Shown here: piece after piece, positions 54,949 to 64,000 of the stretch
Layout of the letters: each line of letters begins with the position of its first letter
How positions within the stretch are numbered: position 1 is the stretch's first letter
DNA from: Eledone cirrhosa
Lineage: Eukaryota
Length of the DNA: 64,000 nt
Direction of reading: 5' to 3'
Assembly: GCA_964016885.1 (NCBI GenBank)
Contig: OZ024742.1
Span: 303,180,001 to 303,244,000, forward strand
Notes under the pieces: generated by a model
Told to the model about the DNA's origin: nothing
Database searches by the model: none
The model's input: only the letters and a program-made list of their open reading frames with translations
Program-made: the position numbers and the translations under genes

Positions 54949-54990
<42 letters not shown>

Positions 54991-55725
54991 AATATGTCTA
55001 CTGACTTTTGTGTGTGTATGTGAGTGTCTCCGAGTTAGTTTTGAAATGTGTATGACAATCAGGAAATGTCGAGTAAATATTCGTAGATTCTAGAAGAAGA
55101 AAGCCAAATTGACAAAATATAAATATATACAATGGCGTTTATGTGATAGAAATGGATAATAGAATGTATTTTGTGAATAGAATAAAATAAACACAATAGA
55201 CTAACTACAAGAAAAATATATGGAAAATACAGTAAAATAGAAATGGAGAGCGCATACTCGCATGCACACACATCCACATGTATCCTTGCTTGAGCGTGAA
55301 ATGAGCTAAAGAAGCATTAGCGACAAAAGAAACAAGATCAACAAAGGTGAAATAAAATAAAAGAAATATTAAAGAATAAATAGATATTCTAACTAGTCTT
55401 CTGCTCCAGATTTCGGATGAAATTAAAGTTTAGGAAATTGAATTAGTAAAATTCTTCTGAAAAGTATAAATCCCCAACAGTGAAATTTAATATAGTCTTT
55501 TTTGTCCCAGTTCTAAACTTGCTATTTATTTAGTCTGTACAATGGTAAATAGATATAGGTATGTATGTATATAATAATATATACACGAACATGCATATAT
55601 ACATATATACATACACAAAAACCCACATACATATTTTGATACACTCATACACAAAAGGCGCCACAGGCCCACCCTCACACACACACACATATATATATAC
55701 AGATAGATATAAGCGTGTGTATGTG

Positions 55726-55775
<50 letters not shown>

Positions 55776-56316
55776 TGTGTGTGAGAGAGATTGTGTATCT
55801 TGAAGTTCCTCGAGACATTACATTATATATATCAATACATATTGAATATATATAGAAATAGAGAGAGACTTTTAGTGCTTTAAGCGATATTGCACAAACT
55901 TTGTATGGGTTAACGTTGCTTCCTCGTAATAGTCAAACCTTATTACTTATTAAGATCACACCACGGCTTTAACCACAATCTATCAGGGCTCTTCTGTTTG
56001 ATTGTTTACGTTGAGCAAACACACAGGATTCATGTCTGCCATTTTGTTTCAGTCTTTTTTGATGTCATGTGAACTAACTGAAACAATTACCAACAATTAG
56101 CAGACGTTATATTGGTAGCTCCAACGTTTACTGTTTATTTAGAGAATTCTGTGGTGGAAGACTTTTACTATTCATGTTTTCATCTTCTCAGTCGTCTATG
56201 GTTCCTTTATTTCTTCTAATTTAATTCCAGCTAGTTCACAGATGTGAGACGTATATCTTTGAAATAGTACAGTAGTGAATATTGTTAAAGAAATACCATA
56301 ACTACATATATATGTA

Positions 56317-56520
56317 ATAATTGTTTTTACTTTTGGCACAAGGCAAGCAAATTTAGGGGAGGGCAACGTCGATTAAATCGACGCCAGTGCATGACTGGAA
56401 CTTTATTTTATCGACCCCGCAAAGTTAACCTCGGCGGGATTTGAACCCAGACCGTAAAGTGTTGTAACTCTATGCCACAAAGCATGGCGTCCGACTCTCT
56501 ACCGAAACTGCCAATCCACT
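56317..56520 (-). mobile_element. SINE family 1 copy
   Basis: Same signature sequence. Confidence 0.85.
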
Positions 56521-56852
56521 TCTATTATATATAATAATAAATATAATAATAAAGCAGATGTAATAGATATTTGAGTTTTCAAATGGCTAAAATGACTGCT
56601 CCTCTATGTAATTACAATATATATCGTTTATTGTATTTACCGGTAAGTGTGTTTGGAGACTTTACAAATAACAGGTTACTTTTTCATCGTATATTTGTTT
56701 GTAAATAATATTGGAGGATCTTTGTATATCGAATAAAACAATTTGTTTCTGTTTTCTATTACATCTGCTTATAAATGTGTGGTCTTCGTCTTATATGACT
56801 AAGTATTCTATCATTCGTTTCTAGTTTTGAATTTTATACAGTCTCCAATGAA

Positions 56853-57011
56853 TTGGTTTCCAAATTGGGTTCCGCACAGGAGTGTCTGGGGTTCGGTGAA
56901 AAAAAAGGTAGAGGAGTGTATTTATATTACGACCATATTAGACTTTGGGGTCCCCCCAAACGTTTTCGAGCCAAAAAGGGTTTCGCGTTTGAAAAATTTA
57001 GGAAACCATGC
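56853..57011. mobile_element. hAT (MER5-like) MITE, degenerate
   Basis: Ends TGGTTTCCAAA / TTAGGAAACCA with internal GGGTTCCG motifs. Confidence 0.5.
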
Positions 57012-57367
57012 TCCAATCTTTCACACCTATCAACACAGATAAATCATCCACTGCTCCCTTTTAGCTCATCATATACATCATTATAGGAATATTTTTCATT
57101 TGACTCTTCTGATTTTAATTGTCTCGCTTCATGATTGATGTGAAATGTTATTGCTTATCGTTTTGGCTTTTAAAATTTCCGTTTAATATAGCACGGGCAT
57201 ATCTTATAACAAAAAAATATGAAACGTATTACAATTATTTCATACTTGTATTACGTTGGTGTATAGGATATTGTGATAAAATATCTTTTACTAATAATTT
57301 AGTCATAGTAGTTTTCAAGAACAGTATGCGCTCTGGTAATAATATATATATTTCCATGTAAATCAAA

Positions 57368-57551
57368 TAATTGTTTCTACTTTAGGCACAATGCCAGCAA
57401 TTACCCAGTGCATTACTGGTACTTTATTTTATCGACCCCGTAAGGATGAAAGGCAAAGTCAACCTCGACGGGATTTGAACTCAGATCGTAAAGGGACGTA
57501 ACTATGCTGGAAAGCATGGCGTCCGACCCTCTACCGATACTGCCAATCCAC
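57368..57551 (-). mobile_element. SINE family 1 copy
   Basis: Same signature sequence. Confidence 0.85.
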
Positions 57552-60500
57552 AATACATCTTATTAGCACTGGTTATAATGTATATGTTTAAAATTATGTA
57601 CTATGCTATCCTAATAATTATGTCAAATTCTGCCAATAATAAGCACAGACCATGAGTGAAGGGTGTAGAGTACTCACAACTCCGTTCCATTTTCATTGGC
57701 ATGATTGTATTGTTCCGTTGACATCATAGTATTGACATCAACCTATACTAGCGTTAAATAAGATTTCCGTCAAGCATGTTTATGATCTTGTCTTTATAAA
57801 TAAGACTTCGTAGCATATACCTTCGTCACACATGTCTTTGATCTTGACCATATAACGAAGACCTAGTAACATACTCATATTTCCGTCACGCCTTTCTGTG
57901 CTCTTCTTCACATAAATAAAACTTATCAACATAGAAAAATCTTGTGCTGAATAAAAGTCAGTTGTGGTCACACAAATATATCATGCACTGTCAACAAGCT
58001 AATCAATAACGACAGAGATATTTAACAGACGAAGTTTTCTTTGTAACTAATCAGTTGTGTTTTCTCATTGATTCAATGAGACCTCAACGTTTGGAGTTCA
58101 AAACCGTTATGGAGAAGTCATCGGCACTTCTACGTCTGTGTTCGAACAGGATACCGACTTTCCGAGATAGTAAATCGAGAACTATTTCATTGCGAAGATA
58201 TCAGAGTGGAAACCCTTGACAGTCAAAGCACATGATTCGGTAGGGTTTCGATGTGGCTGACAATTGAGCCGATGCTATTGTGCATTTAAGTGTCTCAGCC
58301 TCAGAAAATCGGGGAACTACATACCTCCCCCACCAGTATTTTAGCTGATTTCAGCTTCTTCGAGCACCTCTTTAGGTAGCTGCAGTATGCCGTGGAGGTC
58401 ATCACTAAAATTAAGTACCATATTTGGTCTCGCAATCACAATGAATAGGTGTGTAAAGTGCTGCTGAATGACAGCACATATCTGCTCGGCATCGAGTACC
58501 ACGCACATATGCCGGTCTATCAAAAACCTAATTGTGATTTTGTGTCATGTCACGCCTTCATGTCTTAGGTCCTACGTTTTAGCTATGACCATGCAACCTC
58601 CGTATTCTGCTTTAAATAAATTGTGGAGGACTGTTTTTGCTGTTCGAGGACGGGGTGATATATCTTTCCTAATTCCTCCTATTGTCAATCGCACCACGTG
58701 CCACTAATTGGGAGTCAATAATTCAGAGCTGCTAGTTAATGTGACGGACGCCGTTCTAGAATTTGTCTTTGTATCATTTACAAAACTTTTACCAAACAAA
58801 AGAAAGTCCTTTCCCTTATGGATTTGATGTGGAACATCCGAATACTATCTGACTACAGGTACAACTCTAGTAGAGGACCAAGCTGAGGAGACAGTCTTTG
58901 TAAAAAAACAATCTGGATATATAACAAGGTAACATTTTCATTTAATTTCATCTACAATATTCTCGTATAACTTACAGAAAATAATCTTTATATAAACCGG
59001 AAAGCTTGTTTCATTACACATAACACTTATTTACAACCAACAGAGAATTCTCATATATATCAACATTATAATAGATTATTACTGGAAAAGGTCACCTATG
59101 CGGGATGGGGAATTAAAGGTTTAGACAAATATAATTCTAATTCATCTTTAAAGCATTGCTTGAAAATATGGCAGCGAGAAAGAAACAATGGACGTTAAAT
59201 GGCATGGCTTTCTCTGAACACACTATACTATGATGGAACAATTAAAGATCAGTGGCATAGTTGTACAAACCACCTGGATAAATTCGATATCAAAAGCCGA
59301 ACACATTCCATCATTCCTGGCGACATTCAGCGAATAACCCATATAAAGACATATGGCGTGAAATTTTCAACTATTCGTGGGAAGCATTCTACCATTGTAT
59401 ACACCATCTACATAATCAAACACTGCCAGTCTCCACATACAAGGTTGAGGTCAACAGTGTTGAATATACAGGCTTTGGATATTTGAAAATACAGGGTGAA
59501 TACAAACACACACCAGCTATGTTGCTGTGGAGTGAATGCCATCTTGAATTACACTGCCATCTAGCCGTTCGAATCAATCCTGCAAATGAGGGAAAAAAAT
59601 CTTGTTTGTATATGCAACTTTAGTCACCAATATTATAAAAATATTCATTTAAGTTTTCATTTTATAAGTATTTAAAATCAAGTAGTATTTTTGTAGCCAC
59701 CCTGTATAATAAATTCGAAACACTGAAATAGTTTTCTCCAATAATGACATAGTCTTTATAAGTATCCCTAAACCTGTCCAGGGCAATGTTAGAACATACG
59801 GATACCATTAAGAAACTATTTAATACTAAGTATTTCAACAGAGAAGCAAACGTAGTACGTTTGTTATTCTACCAGCCATACTTGATAAAAAAGAATGCTG
59901 AAGCTTATAGAGCGATGTGTAATCGAAAATATATTGATAAACATATGGAAATGATGATATCTACCTCCTAATTTGCAACTTTTGAGAATCTAAAATCAAT
60001 GAATAAAATATGATGCAGCGCTTAGAACCTAAATATACACATGAATACGTTATCGAGATCAAGGATTGCACAGAAGGAAATCATTTAAAAGTAAAATTGA
60101 TACCAGATCCAATTAATCATATTATTTTAGTCACTTGACACAATTCCTCATTGAGCTGTGATGATATATTGGACTAAACCACATATAAGGGGGAGCATGG
60201 GGAGGTAAGTATTGGATGATGATTATAAACATGTGTTACTCTAACACCAAGGTGTCTGTTGGGCTGATGCCAAACACACCAGAGACAAATGGATAGATAG
60301 ATAATGAAATTTTGTCTGGTCTTTAAAAAATAAACACATAAAGAGTTTAAATATCATTTTCAACATAATTACACCTAAAATATATCACTATTTGAATGTT
60401 TTATTGACAAGGAGCAAAACAGACCATAAAATATATCAAATACTGAAATTAATATTTCTATGAAATATTATGTATTTATTTTTTTTATATTTACCAGTGT

Positions 60501-62438
60501 AGTTTTTCATGTTCTGGAGTTGTGAATCGTGCTGGGTAGTGGTAACGAAAAAGCATCAGTTAATAAATTTTGGTGGAGAAAAGTTTAAAAAAATCACATC
60601 AAAACCAACATAATTATCCACACTCCGTAACAAAAATTAAAAAAAGTACATTAAATATTTTATATTTCACAAGTAAAATATTCTACTGTTTTCACGTTAT
60701 AGAGATAGCATTCATTCTACTCTATTTTATAATGACAATACAACGAAATAGACAACAGTACCGAACATGAAGAAATATTCTCAATAGCAGTCAGTGTGTC
60801 GATGCTTTGCCTTTATTAACTATGGCGGCGTCTTAAAAATCGAATCACATACGTTAATATAATCTCCAAAACCAATTCACTCATTGTTGTATCCATTAAT
60901 GATATTGCTGTGCCTAATACAGAGAGATGATTGTCGCCTGGTTTGTAGTTATAGAATTAAATACTGAATTTCTTTTTTTGCGCAATTATATTACGCATAC
61001 ATCATAGATGAAAGTGATATATCTATGTAAAACTGCTATTATGGAATTGATCTTCAGTTACCACTACCACAACAGCAACTATTTACTCAAAAGAAATACA
61101 ATTACGTCTGTCTTTTCTACCATTTCTCTACTCATTCGTTCCTTCTTTTTTCTTTTTCTCTCTCATTCAGTTTTTGTTTTTCACTAGTCATTTTTTCCCA
61201 GACATTGTCCTTACATAGGATGTTGTAGAACTTCATACCGGAAATACATGTTTCTGCAACGTCACTTCATTTCCGTCTGGGATATTCCCTATTCAGACAG
61301 GATTTTACAAGTCACAAATGCTGAACATGGAGACCATTATCAGGGCAATTCCAGGTTAAAGTTTGACGTTTTTGTGCGGATAATTATTTAGCGTGTTATA
61401 TTTCTCTTCCCCGTCCCCATATTCTTTATATTTGCTTTAGAATTTCTCTTCTATTTATCTAATCAAATTCATGTGGAAATTCCTACGTTCCTGAATGATT
61501 AGCGTAAGTTAGTGAACGACATAGTATAACACGCTTTTGAAGCATTCCGTCTAAAGTGGTATGGCTGATGCAAATGAAATCGCTTTCAGACCGATAGGGC
61601 TAATGTTTAACAATCGGAATAATTTCAACAAAATACAGCGAAAACGGAATAAATATGCTTATAAATTCATATAATTATACGAGGCAAATTAGAGTAATAT
61701 GTATACTTGATTGCATGAGTCTCGAGGAATGAAAAGTGTAATTGACCTAAGCGACATTCCAAATTAGAGCTGTGAAGGGTGATCTCCACATAATACCTTT
61801 TATTTCCTGTTCTACCTCTTCTGATTTTATCATCACTCCTATATGAGTGAACGTATACGAATTCGTCCAGCCTGCTAGAAATAGAAGCTAGCGGATATGT
61901 ATTCCCTCTTATGCAGTATTTTCTTTTACGTCATATCATGAATTCATAAATGAGAAACATTACTACAAGATAATGTACTCCTAGATTTAGTTAAGAAATA
62001 TATGATGGCCATAGTTGAAATACCTATGAACATAATACGTATACCAACATTAAGGAATAATTTAACACTTGTAAAACAAAAATGATGCGTATTAGATTTC
62101 AACGTAAGCTTTTAATATAATAGAGATTTGAAAGACATTGTTACAATTATATTTGAAAATATACTTATCTAAACGTATTAATGTGACACGTCAAATGTGC
62201 TTAGTGTTAATTCTATCTTATATTTAATGTAGTTGCTTAGGTGTAAGTCAGCTCTGATCGGCAACACTTATGACTACTGAAACTTCTATGTTCAATCTCC
62301 CTCTCTCTCTCTCCCACCCTCTCTCTCCCCCCTCTCTCTCTATATATATATATCTATCTCTATATCTATCTCTGTCTCTTTCTTTCCCTAACTTCATATA
62401 TATAAACACACACACACCACACACATGCGCGCGCGCGT

Positions 62439-62516
<78 letters not shown>

Positions 62517-62739
62517 GCATAATGATTTCATCTGAGCTCTGATTATTTCATACGAATGCAACAGTTCTAGTTAAGTAAAAGTCATTTCTTTATTTCTATA
62601 TTATTCTCTATTCATTATAAACTAAATATGCTTCTTCTCTACTAACCTATTTGAATACCTTATTTAACTGTGATGTCACGTCCTCTTCGGAAAACCACCC
62701 TTAAATATATATACCTATATATATATATATATATGCAGA

Positions 62740-63190
62740 GGTTATATTTAATTTGTTGGGATTCAACAGGCTTAAACATTTTTATAACTGATATAAAGCA
62801 CTCAATAGTTTAGTGGAGTAAATACACAATATATTAATAAATAGAAACTATATTTATAAAACCATATTTATTTTATTATATATATTTCAAGGGCAACCAA
62901 TACAAAGTTATGATTGAGTATGCAAATGAGTGTCCGAAATGAATTTCGAACACTCATTTGCATACTCAATCATAACTTTGTATTACCCTCAATACAATAT
63001 TATCTCCACTATCCAGGAACCTCTAACCGTTAAAGTTGTCTTTTTTCCGGGTATGTCAATATTTATTTATAAAACAAATCTGCATTTTATCTGATGAAAG
63101 CGCACCATAATTTGCCTTGGTTGCCCTTGAAATATATATAATAAAATAAATATGGTTTTATAAATATAGTTTCTATTTATTAATATATTG
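62740..63190. mobile_element. Family A HHR element in inverted arrangement (partial minus copy 62740-62900, plus copy about 63005-63190) enclosing an unrelated 86-bp palindrome (62899-62984)
   Basis: 62827-62900 is the reverse complement of 63117-63190; the inner palindrome has 42-bp arms with one mismatch. Confidence 0.85.
63084..63147 (+). ncRNA. Type-I hammerhead motif, family A
   Basis: ATTTTAT-CTGATGA-AAG.GCACCA...TGGTTGC.CTT-GAAA-TATATA-TA|ATAAAAT. Confidence 0.85.
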
Positions 63191-63268
63191 TATATATATA
63201 TATGTGAAGTAATTCCATTGGAAAAGTCCAGGAAAAAAGAGTGCTCTATGTAGGCAACAGAGCTTAAT

Positions 63269-63347
<79 letters not shown>

Positions 63348-63364
63348 TGAAAAATAGAGGGAGA

Positions 63365-64000
63365 AACGGGACTGTCCATCATCAGTGATCTTCTGACTAT
63401 CATCGATATTTCTTCGCATTAAAGACCAGATACCTCAAAATCAGTGCGGGCAATAACTAAAATAAGTTATTGGGACAAAACGAATTGGGTGGAGAAAGAG
63501 GGACAGTAAACAAACAAAAGTAGTAATGCAATGTAAAGAGAGGAAATGAGTTCGACCAAATCAACGACGAGAAGACGGCAGACGCGTCCGAAACCTGCGA
63601 AATGTGAGCAAGAAAAGGATTTCACACAGGTCAGACGGGGTGAAGTGAGAGAGGAGGAGCACTCACTCTCTGCTGCACCCCCTGTCTAACTTCCTCCCGT
63701 CTGACCTGTGTGAAATCCTTTTCTTATTCACATTTCGCAGGGATCGGACGCGTCTGCCGTCTTCTCGTCGTTCATTTGGTCCAACTCATGTTCACACGTA
63801 TCATTGACTTGTCTCTCATTTTCTCTCTTTACGTTGTATTACTACTTTTGTTTGTTTATTGTCCCTCTTTCTCCACCCAATTCACTTTGTCCCAATAACT
63901 TATTTTAGTTATAGCTCGCACTGATTTTGAGGTATCTGGTCTTTAATGCGAAGAAATATCGATGATAGTCAGAAGATCACTGATGATGGACAGTCCCGTT
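63365..64000. repeat. Inverted repeat (63365-63639 / 63696-64000, runs off window), relative of the 49.8-51.1 kb element
   Basis: The arms are reverse complements with scattered mismatches and a 30-bp indel; the left end abuts (TA)n. Confidence 0.9.

Noticed and set aside
57600-59990. Possible transposase, integrase or mariner N-terminal relics in short ORFs
   Set aside because: Motif resemblance is too weak to assign by eye.

Overview
AT-rich, microsatellite-dense eukaryotic DNA. The (TA)n/(CA)n/(GATA)n load and the SINE families suggest an octopus/cephalopod genome (inference). No host protein-coding gene can be supported, and most ORF-track entries are microsatellite translations. The window is a transposon landscape: the 5' end of a young LINE (CCHC ORF1), two Penelope-like element (PLE) GIY-YIG endonuclease loci, a decayed maT/DD37D mariner, several MITEs, and RTE, R4/Dong and Helitron relics, plus many tRNA-derived SINEs. 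The main hidden signal is a set of at least 9 near-canonical minimal type-I hammerhead ribozyme (HHR) motifs from about 6 sequence families. Each has a CUGANGA core, an often extended stem II, GAAA and a palindromic stem III. They sit in short non-coding elements inserted in (TA)n tracts, which repeatedly form near-perfect palindromes or tandem/permuted repeats. Together they look like a PLE-mobilised, retrozyme-like non-autonomous element system. All structures and translations were derived by eye, and boundaries are approximate.
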